Position numbers and translations under genes: made by a program
From: Crocinitomicaceae bacterium
Lineage (GTDB): Bacteria > Bacteroidota > Bacteroidia > Flavobacteriales_D > Crocinitomicaceae
Assembly (NCBI GenBank): GCA_044346375.1
Contig: JBIIZI010000001.1
Coordinates: 1 to 42,276, forward strand
Direction: 5' to 3'
DNA: 42,276 nt
Notes under the pieces: model-generated
Seen by the model: the letters and a program-made list of their open reading frames with translations, nothing else
Told to the model about the DNA's origin: nothing
Database searches by the model: none
Shown here: piece after piece, positions 7,542-15,716 of the stretch
How positions within the stretch are numbered: position 1 is the stretch's first letter
Layout: the number at the start of each line of letters is the position of its first letter

Positions 7542-10500
7542 ATCAAGTTGTGTGTAGTACAAAATTGGACGAACCGGTAATTTAAAAATGGTTTGTAGCA
7601 AGCCTGCATAAGCAATAATTTGCTGCATATGGTTGTCTTGGCGCAGTCCGGTTTTAAAATCTATCACCACAACTTCATTTGCCTTGACCCAAACTTTGTC
7701 TGGCTGCTTCATTTGATTGATATCGGCAATAATGCGCTGCTCGTTGTATTCATCCAAAATGCCCTCATTGAGCTGTTGAGCGGTAACGTGCAACCAAAAG
7801 CGCTCGGCTGCTAAGGCGAGCTCCTCAACTTGATCTTGTGCAATGCTGCCTTCTTGCAATGCAACTTGAAGTGCGGCTTGCAATTGTTCAGGACTTTGGC
7901 ACAAAGCCATTAAGCGATGAAAAGCCAAACCAAATAATTGATCGGACACCATTTCGGTATCGGGCGTTCGAAAGGATAGTGAAGGATACCAAAGTTGATC
8001 TGGCAAAGCCATCGGGTGGTAAAAATTGGTTTTGGAGGCACCGTGTTTTTCCTTTTCTGCGCTAGACACTTTGAGTGCAGTACCCGCAACATAGATGTGC
8101 TCTTCTTCTAGTGTTAGTGCAGGAAGTTGGGCAAGTTGCTGATGAATTTGAGCGCCAAAACCTTTTTCCTTGTGATGATTCCAAATGTAAAGCCTAGATT
8201 CTGGGCGTGTAAGTGCCACATAAAGTAGGTTCAGTTTATCGAGAAAAATAGCAGCGAGTTCCTTTTCTTTAAAAGTTTTGAATTCTGGAATGAGGTCAGA
8301 AGGATAAGCATAAGCCAAACCAGCGCCGGCAGGCATCAAAAACTTTGCAAAACCATGTAGAGCGGTGCGAAAATCTAGGCTGGGCATCAGTACAACCGGA
8401 AATTCCAAGCCTTTGGCTTTATGAATGGTCATGATGCGAATAGCTTCTGTAGATTCGGGCATTTGCAGCGCTAGCTTATCTTTATTCTGCTCAATGAAAT
8501 CGATAAAGGGTAATAGTTCCGCATTGCGATTGAGCTGAAATTGAAAAGCGACGTCGAAAAAATGATGCACATAAGGCTCTTGGGTGTCGTTGATCTGAAA
8601 ACAAGCCGCGGCTTTTTGAAGAAGGTCAAAAAGATGTTCGTAGGGCATAAAAAGAGCGTCTTCTGAACCAAATTCGGCTTTGTAAAAAGCTGCTTCATCA
8701 AAATAGCGGACTTGCCGCCCTTCTTTTTCGTAGGTTTTGAAATAAGACATGAACGCTGCCACATCAAAATTGCCCTTATATTGTAAGTAGGCCTCGGCAA
8801 AGCGCTTACCTAGAGTTGGATTGGATGGTTTTGCGCGCTTTTTGAGATAAAGTAAAAAGAGCTGAACCAAAGGATGTGCATACAACAGAAGGGAATCTTG
8901 AGAAACTACTTGTAAGCCCGCTTGCGTTAAAGCCAGCGCAATTGCATTGCCTTTTTTGTTGGTTTCGGTCAGGATGCAGATATCGCAGGGCCTGAAGTCG
9001 TCTTGGAGTAACTCTTGAATGGTCAGTAGCATTTTCTCAAAAAGCAATGCCTCAGGAAGGTCGTTGACCAAGCTTTCGATCCGAATAAAACCTGTTTTGG
9101 AAGACTTCGGGTTCTGACTCAAATTGTCGTAAAATGCTTTGTGCTCTTGAGGTAAAGAAAGCGACAAACGCTCGAAGAGTTCGTTGTTGAATTGTACAAT
9201 TTGAGGAGCTGAACGGTAGTTATCGAGCAAACTTTGCTTGAAACCGCTGCTTTGGAAACGCGCACTTGTGAGCGCCATTTGGGGGTCGTTTTCGGGGTTG
9301 TAGAGGCTAGGTAGCGCTACAAATTGTTCGGCCAATCCGTTGTTGAAACGGTAAATACTTTGCTTGGCATCGCCTACTATAAGGTTAGGGCGTTCATAGG
9401 CAATAGCCTCTAGTACGAGCGGGATCATGTTGACCCACTGCAGGCGCGAGGTATCTTGGAATTCATCTAGCAGGAAGTGTTCGTAGCGTATGCCTAAGCG
9501 CTCGTAAATATAAGGCGCTTGTTCACCTTGTACCAACTGGCTGATCAGCTGATTGAACTCGGAGATGCGGATTTGTTGCTGGGCAGTCATGAGGGCCTTT
9601 GTTTGCTGCGCGACATATTGCAACAAGGCCATATTATAGAAGTTTTTACGTTGGGTTTCAATGCGTAAATGCGCAGCAAAAGCTTGATCAAAAGCGGTTG
9701 ACAAACCCATTAAGGCTTCGAAAACAGAGGTTGGAAGGTCGTATTTACCCTCCTCTAACGCTTTTAGAAATGTATTGGTGTAAAACGGCCCTTTTTGCTT
9801 GCCAAGGCCCCAATTGGGGTCTTCTATGAAGGCGTCTATGCGCTTTTGATCTGTGGCCGTTTTGAATTGCGCACCTTTGAACGGCGCTGCCAATGCATGC
9901 ACTTGGGCACATTGCGCTAAAAATGTGGCTTTGATTTGCTCGGCCTCTGCTTTGAAATCGGTGTAGGTGTCAGGCGTGTAAGTGCTGGCAAGCAACTGCT
10001 CAACTTCTTTGGCATTGCGTTCTTTACCAAGTACTTCAGAAAATTGCAGCAAGGACTTTTTAAAATCCCAAGACTCACCTTCAGCCACCTTGGTGCGCGC
10101 ATACGCAAGCATCCAGTGCGTGAGTTCTTGTGAGTCGGGTTGACCCAGGCGCGCAATGAGGAGATCGAGAACTTCGTCGAGGATCAATTTTTCATTGAGT
10201 ACCACCTCGAAATCGGCAGGGAGGTCGAGGTCGCGGCTAAAAGAGCGAATGAGGCGTAGATTGAATTTGTCTATGGTGGAGATATTGAAATCTTCGTAGT
10301 GGTGCAAAATACCCTGAAGTGCCCCTGCAGCGCGTTGTTGCAATTGAACCTCAGTTAAAGAAGTTTCTGTTAGTAAGTCCGCTTTGAGCGCTGTTGTTTT
10401 GGCATTTGCACTAGCCGGATAAGCCAAGCCACTCAGCGTTTGAAGAATGCGGTCTTTCATTTCGTTAGCAGCCTTGTTGGTGAAGGTCATGGCAACGATA

Positions 10501-10631
10501 TGCTTGAACTTTTGTCGGTAGTTGACATCGGTGAGCAAGATCTTAAGATACTCTAAAACAAGACGATGGGTTTTTCCACTGCCTGCCGAAGCGGCGTAAA
10601 CACGGAGGGCTTTTGAAGATAGTTGGGGCAT
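7524..10631 (-). CDS. UvrD/AddA-type ATP-dependent helicase fused to a C-terminal PD-(D/E)XK nuclease
   Basis: Walker A AASAGSGKTH close to the N-terminus, motif II LLDEFQDTS, TIHKAKGLEFPVV, and a C-terminal nuclease motif VVIDFKTG. The ATG at 10631 (MPQLSSKALRVYAA) is preferred; the ORF-track start at 10931 overlaps the divergent gene. Confidence 0.85.
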   Translation of the reverse strand: MPQLSSKALRVYAASAGSGKTHRLVLEYLKILLTDVNYRQKFKHIVAMTFTNKAANEMKDRILQTLSGLAYPASANAKTTALKADLLTETSLTEVQLQQRAAGALQGILHHYEDFNISTIDKFNLRLIRSFSRDLDLPADFEVVLNEKLILDEVLDLLIARLGQPDSQELTHWMLAYARTKVAEGESWDFKKSLLQFSEVLGKERNAKEVEQLLASTYTPDTYTDFKAEAEQIKATFLAQCAQVHALAAPFKGAQFKTATDQKRIDAFIEDPNWGLGKQKGPFYTNTFLKALEEGKYDLPTSVFEALMGLSTAFDQAFAAHLRIETQRKNFYNMALLQYVAQQTKALMTAQQQIRISEFNQLISQLVQGEQAPYIYERLGIRYEHFLLDEFQDTSRLQWVNMIPLVLEAIAYERPNLIVGDAKQSIYRFNNGLAEQFVALPSLYNPENDPQMALTSARFQSSGFKQSLLDNYRSAPQIVQFNNELFERLSLSLPQEHKAFYDNLSQNPKSSKTGFIRIESLVNDLPEALLFEKMLLTIQELLQDDFRPCDICILTETNKKGNAIALALTQAGLQVVSQDSLLLYAHPLVQLFLLYLKKRAKPSNPTLGKRFAEAYLQYKGNFDVAAFMSYFKTYEKEGRQVRYFDEAAFYKAEFGSEDALFMPYEHLFDLLQKAAACFQINDTQEPYVHHFFDVAFQFQLNRNAELLPFIDFIEQNKDKLALQMPESTEAIRIMTIHKAKGLEFPVVLMPSLDFRTALHGFAKFLMPAGAGLAYAYPSDLIPEFKTFKEKELAAIFLDKLNLLYVALTRPESRLYIWNHHKEKGFGAQIHQQLAQLPALTLEEEHIYVAGTALKVSSAEKEKHGASKTNFYHPMALPDQLWYPSLSFRTPDTEMVSDQLFGLAFHRLMALCQSPEQLQAALQVALQEGSIAQDQVEELALAAERFWLHVTAQQLNEGILDEYNEQRIIADINQMKQPDKVWVKANEVVVIDFKTGLRQDNHMQQIIAYAGLLQTIFKLPVRPILYYTQLDLFLEL

Positions 10632-10688
10632 TCGCTGATTTTGGGCTGAAACTTTCCTAAAATTAAGAACATTTTGAGCGTTTTGACG

Positions 10689-10696
10689 TATTTTTG
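10689..10696 (+). promoter_or_regulatory. candidate -7 box (TATTTTTG) only 4 nt upstream of the ATG at 10701
   Basis: Exact TAnnTTTG match. I found no -33 element at consensus spacing. Confidence 0.25.
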
Positions 10697-10700
10697 TTAG

Positions 10701-11438
10701 ATGAGAACGATATTTTTCAGCCTCTTGGTTTTGGTCATGGCTACCGCCTGTGGCGACGACAACCCTGAGACCCCAAAAGCCCAGCTTCAAATCGACCTCC
10801 AACCTGTTTACGGCGGCCAAAGTTTCTATATGGATAGCATCTACACTACCCAAGAAGGCTACAAAGTAAAGTTCACTGAACTCAAATGTTATTTCACGCT
10901 TTTTGGCAATGGTACAAACGCTTTGCATCAAGCAGCTTTGCTCGACTACCGCGAAACCGGCAGCTTGCTTTTCAAAAAAGAAGGCGACTACGCCAAGTTT
11001 CTCAATTTGAAGGCCGTTTTAGGCGTGGACAGCAGCCTCAACCACCTCGACCCTAGTGCGTTCCCTAATGAAAGCCCCCTCAATATTAGCAATGCAGGGC
11101 CTATGCATTGGGGCTGGAGTACAGGCTATATTTTCATGAACATCGAAGGAAAAGTAGACACCCTCATTGATGCCACCACCAACCCAGACCTCTCTTTTAG
11201 TTTTCATATCGGCACCGATTCATACTTGCAAAATTTACAATTCGACAATATCAACTGGACCGACATCGGCAACAACACCCGTCAGTTCAAACTCAAGCTA
11301 GACCTTCTTGCCTTTTTGGGTCAAGGAGCAAGCAGCATCAATTTGAGTTCAGAATACCTTACGCACACAGCAGCCGGACAACAAGCGCTTTCGCAAAAAG
11401 TCATTAGCAATTTTAAAAACGCCATAAGTCCGTATTAA
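10701..11438 (+). CDS. MbnP-family lipoprotein (putative copper-binding partner of the downstream di-haem peroxidase)
   Basis: Lipoprotein signal LLVLVMATAC. MHWGWSTGYIFMNIEG and FHIGTD resemble the conserved MbnP blocks. The stop overlaps the start of a MauG/MbnH-like peroxidase gene (TAATG). Confidence 0.55.
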   Translation: MRTIFFSLLVLVMATACGDDNPETPKAQLQIDLQPVYGGQSFYMDSIYTTQEGYKVKFTELKCYFTLFGNGTNALHQAALLDYRETGSLLFKKEGDYAKFLNLKAVLGVDSSLNHLDPSAFPNESPLNISNAGPMHWGWSTGYIFMNIEGKVDTLIDATTNPDLSFSFHIGTDSYLQNLQFDNINWTDIGNNTRQFKLKLDLLAFLGQGASSINLSSEYLTHTAAGQQALSQKVISNFKNAISPY

Positions 11439-12511
11439 TGAAAGGCTTTTTATTTCTCATAGGTGTTCTGCTTTTATTGAGTTCTTGTAAAAAAGACAAG
11501 GCTAACTTTCAAGCTACACCCTATGCATTAGAAATTCCAAGTCATTTTCCGGACATGATCATTCCCTCAAACAATCCAATGACCCAAGAGGGTGTCGATC
11601 TTGGCCGGTGGTTGTTCTACGAAAAACGCCTCTCTGGCAATGATTCCATGAGTTGTGCTTCTTGTCATTTAGCGCAAAGTAGTTTTTCAGATCCCAGCAA
11701 ATATTCGACCGGCATTGACGGCATTGCCGGAACACGCAACTCAATGGCGCTCATTAATCTCGGTTGGGACAACTTCTTTTTTTGGGACGGCAGGGCCTCT
11801 AGTCTAGAACAACAAATATTGGAGCCTATTCCAAATCCAATTGAAATGCATCAGAGTTGGACCGACGCCGTTTACAAACTCAACCTCGACATCAATTACC
11901 GCAATAAATTTTACCGTGCTTTCGGAGAACCCGGCATAGACTCCTCTAAAGTTGCTAAAGCAATTGCCCAGTTTATTCGCACCATGATTTCCGCGTCTTC
12001 CAAATACGACGTCATGTACAAATACGAAAACGGCATGGCGCTCACTACCCAAGAACAAAATATTTTACAAACCATTGACGTCGAAGAATGGGCTGGCTAC
12101 GACCTCTTCAAAAGCCTCAATGGCGCCGACTGCTTTCACTGTCATAACGGGCCGCTCATGCGCGTCAAAAAATACAGCAACAACGGTCTTGATGCCAATT
12201 TTACCGACCTCGGGCGCGGTGGCGTTACGGGCAACCCCGAAGACTACGGCAAATTTAAAGTCCCAACACTTCGCAACATAGCCCTGAGCGCGCCCTACAT
12301 GCACGACGGCCGCTTTCAGACCCTAGACGAAGTCATTGAACACTACTCCAGTGGCGTACATATTTCTCCGACCATAGACCCACTCATTGAATTTGCCAAC
12401 CAAGGTGGCGTTCAGCTGAGTCCACAAGAAAAATACCTCCTTAAGAAGTTTTTGCTCACCCTGACCGACAACTCCTTTATTTCAAACCCGAATTTCAAAG
12501 ACCCACACTAA
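11438..12511 (+). CDS. di-haem cytochrome c peroxidase (CCP/MauG/MbnH family)
   Basis: Two CxxCH haem-binding motifs (CASCH and CFHCH), PTLRNIALSAPYMHDGRF and an N-terminal signal/lipobox LLLSSC. Confidence 0.85.
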   Translation: MKGFLFLIGVLLLLSSCKKDKANFQATPYALEIPSHFPDMIIPSNNPMTQEGVDLGRWLFYEKRLSGNDSMSCASCHLAQSSFSDPSKYSTGIDGIAGTRNSMALINLGWDNFFFWDGRASSLEQQILEPIPNPIEMHQSWTDAVYKLNLDINYRNKFYRAFGEPGIDSSKVAKAIAQFIRTMISASSKYDVMYKYENGMALTTQEQNILQTIDVEEWAGYDLFKSLNGADCFHCHNGPLMRVKKYSNNGLDANFTDLGRGGVTGNPEDYGKFKVPTLRNIALSAPYMHDGRFQTLDEVIEHYSSGVHISPTIDPLIEFANQGGVQLSPQEKYLLKKFLLTLTDNSFISNPNFKDPH

Positions 12512-12512
12512 C

Positions 12513-13928
12513 ATGAGCGCAAGTCGTTTAACCACCGAAGACAAAGCCCTAAAAATCAACCTCACCCAAGACATCTACGGCTGTTTTGCAGAAATTGGTG
12601 CAGGTCAAGAGGTTGCCGCAAACTTCTTCAAGGCTGGGGGTAGCTCCGGAACAATTGCCTACACGCAATCTGCCTACGACATGAAAGTCTCGGACTCCAT
12701 GTACGGAGAAACCGTCCGTTATGTGTGCGAAGAGCGCTTGCTTACCATGCTTCAGACCGAATTCAAGCATCTTCAAGATATCCTACCCGTTAAAAACAGA
12801 GAAGCCCGCTTTTTTGCGTTTTGCAACACGGTAGAGTCGCTGAATTACCACAAAACCAACCAAGGCCAAGGCTGGGTTGGCTTGCGTTTTCAACTCGGGC
12901 TAGACAAAAAGCCCAACGACGTCATTTTGCACATCAAAATGCACGACAACAGCCATAAAGCACAGCAAGAGGCCCTAGGTATCTTAGGAGTCAACCTCAT
13001 CTATGCTTGCTATTTTCAGTCTGAAAGTATCGACGATTTTATTGATGGCATTGTACACCGCTTGCCACCAGACCGCATGGAGATCGACATGCTGCGCATT
13101 TCTGGCCCCGATTTCGAGGATATGGACAACCGCATCATTGCGCTCAATTTGGTGCGCCGCGGCATCACCAACGCCACCATGTTTGACCTTGCCAAGAACG
13201 TGATGCAACCCTCCACTGCGCTCTACAAGAAAAACATTTTACTCATGCGCGGGCGCTTCAGACCAGTAACCAAGGTGCACATTGACATGATCGAACGCGC
13301 CAGAGCTGCTTTTGCCAAAGAAAAGCGCGTCAAGCCAGAACAACTCGAGGTAGTATTTGAGCTCACCCTCAAAGACCTCACCGCCGACGGCAAAATCTCC
13401 GACAAAGACTTCCTAGATCGCGCTGAGCTCTTAGGTTCTCTAGGTTATACCGTAATGGTTTCGAACTACCTCAAGCATTACAAAATGCTTGAATACCTCT
13501 CTTCTATTGCCCGCGGCAATTTAGTTGGGGTCATTATGGGCATCTATAACTTGCACATCATCTTTGATGAAAAGTATTACGACAATTTACCTGGGGGCTT
13601 ACTCGAGGCTTTTGGCCGCGGTTTCGGGCACAACGTCAAACTTTATATCTATCCTGCACTTAACATGGAAGACGGCAGTTTGTACCACTTAGGCAATATC
13701 AAACTTCCCGAAAACCTCATGGGCCTTCTTAACTACATGCAAGCCAACGACAAAATTACCGCATTGCAAGAGTACGACCCGAGTTTGTTACATATTCTTT
13801 CCGACGATGTACTTAGTAAAATCAAGGCTAATGCACAAAGCTGGGAAGACGACGTTCCGTACGAAGTGGTGAAGGCTATCAAGTTTTTTGAACTATTTGG
13901 TTACCAGCAAAAAGTTGAAAAACACTAA
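12513..13928 (+). CDS. conserved protein of unknown function: N-terminal unknown domain plus a C-terminal cytidylyltransferase-like (PPAT/NadD-like) nucleotidyltransferase domain
   Basis: 471-aa ORF. Residues 241-263, NILLMRGRFRPVTKVHIDMIERA (GRF...ERA at 13251-13301), resemble the HIGH-type motif of E. coli CoaD, GTFDPITNGHIDIVTRA. ILSDDVLSKIK near the C-terminus weakly resembles ISSTxxR. I did not recognise the N-terminal half (FAEIGAGQEVA). Confidence 0.45.
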   Translation: MSASRLTTEDKALKINLTQDIYGCFAEIGAGQEVAANFFKAGGSSGTIAYTQSAYDMKVSDSMYGETVRYVCEERLLTMLQTEFKHLQDILPVKNREARFFAFCNTVESLNYHKTNQGQGWVGLRFQLGLDKKPNDVILHIKMHDNSHKAQQEALGILGVNLIYACYFQSESIDDFIDGIVHRLPPDRMEIDMLRISGPDFEDMDNRIIALNLVRRGITNATMFDLAKNVMQPSTALYKKNILLMRGRFRPVTKVHIDMIERARAAFAKEKRVKPEQLEVVFELTLKDLTADGKISDKDFLDRAELLGSLGYTVMVSNYLKHYKMLEYLSSIARGNLVGVIMGIYNLHIIFDEKYYDNLPGGLLEAFGRGFGHNVKLYIYPALNMEDGSLYHLGNIKLPENLMGLLNYMQANDKITALQEYDPSLLHILSDDVLSKIKANAQSWEDDVPYEVVKAIKFFELFGYQQKVEKH

Positions 13929-14935
13929 TGCCGCATATTAAAAATGCCCTGATTCGCTACCGCATCATCGACCGAATGCTGCGCAACAAATACAAGCCCT
14001 ACCCTTCAAAAGAAGCACTCAGAACAGCTTGTGAAGAGTCCTTGTTTGGATCGGAATCAGGTGCGCACATTTGTGCTTCCACCATCGAAAAAGACCTCTT
14101 CACGATGAAAATGGAACACGACGCCCCAATTCGCTACAGCAAAAAAAACGGCGGTTATTTCTACGAAGACCCCGACTTCAGCATCAACGATGTACCTCTC
14201 TCTGAAGACGAACTCTCCTCCATTCGTTTTGCGGTATCTACCTTACAACAATTTAGAGAAGTGCCTTTTTTTCAGCAATTTGGCCTAGCTATCGATAAAA
14301 TTGTGGACCGCGTTGCAGTGGGTGACCAAAGTCAGGAATTATCGAAATTTATTCAGTTTGAAGCGGCAGTTTCTACAGGTGGCAACGAATACTTACCTAC
14401 ACTACTCGAAGGCGTACAGGCTAAAAAACGGGTGTGGTTTATGTACACGAGCTTTCAGCAACAACAAGCCAAGCCTCGCAAAGTAAGCCCCTTGTTTTTG
14501 AAAGAATACCGCAACCGCTGGTACCTCATTTCTTATGATGTTCAAAAGCAAGACATCATGACCTTCGCACTAGACCGCATGTCTGAGCTCCAATTGCTAG
14601 ACGAAGCGGCACAAATCCCTTCCGACTTCGATGCTACGGCCTATTTTCGCGATGCCGTTGGCATTACTGCATTTAAAGGAGAGGCCCTCAGAATTGTCTT
14701 GAAAGCCGATGCAGTGGCGGCACGCTATATTGAAACACAAGCTTTTCATGCCTCCCAAAAACTGCTCGAAAAACAACCAACATTCAGCTTATTTGAACTC
14801 CGAATTTTAATTACCGAAGAATTCATCAGAAACTTACTTGGCTACGCCGGAGAAGTAGAGGTCCTAGAACCCGCAAGTTTGAGGCTTACCTTGAAAGAAC
14901 GCGGCCAAGCGCTTCTCAAACGTTATCAATCTTAA
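13928..14935 (+). CDS. WYL domain-containing transcriptional regulator (winged-helix HTH + WYL + C-terminal extension)
   Basis: N-terminus NALIRYRIIDRMLRN...STIEKDLFTM is typical of Bacteroidota HTH-WYL regulators. The WYL motif is YRNRWYLISYD. The ATG overlaps the upstream stop (TAATG). Confidence 0.8.
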   Translation: MPHIKNALIRYRIIDRMLRNKYKPYPSKEALRTACEESLFGSESGAHICASTIEKDLFTMKMEHDAPIRYSKKNGGYFYEDPDFSINDVPLSEDELSSIRFAVSTLQQFREVPFFQQFGLAIDKIVDRVAVGDQSQELSKFIQFEAAVSTGGNEYLPTLLEGVQAKKRVWFMYTSFQQQQAKPRKVSPLFLKEYRNRWYLISYDVQKQDIMTFALDRMSELQLLDEAAQIPSDFDATAYFRDAVGITAFKGEALRIVLKADAVAARYIETQAFHASQKLLEKQPTFSLFELRILITEEFIRNLLGYAGEVEVLEPASLRLTLKERGQALLKRYQS

Positions 14936-14938
14936 CTT

Positions 14939-15715
14939 ATGCAAGAAATTCAATCTCACTTTGAAGATGGGGTACTTACCCTCACCTTAAACAGACCAAG
15001 CGTATTCAATTCGTTCAACCGCAGTATGGCTTTGCAATTACAAGCCGAACTAGACCGCTGCAGCAGCGATCAAAGCATCAGAGCAGTAGTGCTTACCGGC
15101 GAAGGCAAAGCATTTTGCGCGGGTCAAGATCTAGCTGAAGCCACAGATCCTGAAGGGCCTGCATTGCAGCAAATTGTAGCAGAACATTACAACCCGATCA
15201 TTCTAAAGATACGCGCGTTGGAAAAACCTGTCATTGCAGCCGTGAATGGCGTAGCAGCAGGTGCAGGTGCCAATATAGCCCTGGCCTGCGACCTCGTTGT
15301 AGCCAAAGAAAGTGCATCTTTTATTCAGGCTTTCTCTAAAATTGGCCTAATTCCAGACTCTGGTGGCACCTTCTTGTTACCAAGATTAGTTGGTGTTCAA
15401 AAAGCAATGGCCCTCATGCTGACAGGCGAAAAAGTAGGTGCCAAAGCTGCCGAACAAATGAACATGATCTACAAAGCCATTGCCGACGACGACTTCAGCG
15501 CTTTTGTAAGTACATTGGCTCAACAAATGGCCCAAATGCCAACTAAAGGCTTGGGTTTGACAAAAAGAGCCCTAAATCTGAGTTTGTATAATTCATTAGA
15601 AAATCAATTGAAAATTGAAGAAATCTTACAAACCGAAGCGGGGCAAACACACGACTTCAAAGAGGGCGTAAACGCATTTTTAGAAAAAAGAACACCTATA
15701 TTCAAAGGACATTAA
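14939..15715 (+). CDS. enoyl-CoA hydratase/isomerase family protein (PaaG-like)
   Basis: Crotonase-fold signature IAAVNGVAAGAGANIALACDL, FCAGQDL, and a typical length of 258 aa. Confidence 0.85.
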   Translation: MQEIQSHFEDGVLTLTLNRPSVFNSFNRSMALQLQAELDRCSSDQSIRAVVLTGEGKAFCAGQDLAEATDPEGPALQQIVAEHYNPIILKIRALEKPVIAAVNGVAAGAGANIALACDLVVAKESASFIQAFSKIGLIPDSGGTFLLPRLVGVQKAMALMLTGEKVGAKAAEQMNMIYKAIADDDFSAFVSTLAQQMAQMPTKGLGLTKRALNLSLYNSLENQLKIEEILQTEAGQTHDFKEGVNAFLEKRTPIFKGH

Positions 15716-15716
15716 T

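Noticed and set aside
10632-10931. 100-codon N-terminal extension of the helicase ORF in the ORF track
   Set aside because: It overlaps the divergent MbnP-like gene and its promoter region. The Walker A motif sits right after the internal Met at 10631, which is the normal position for UvrD-family proteins.
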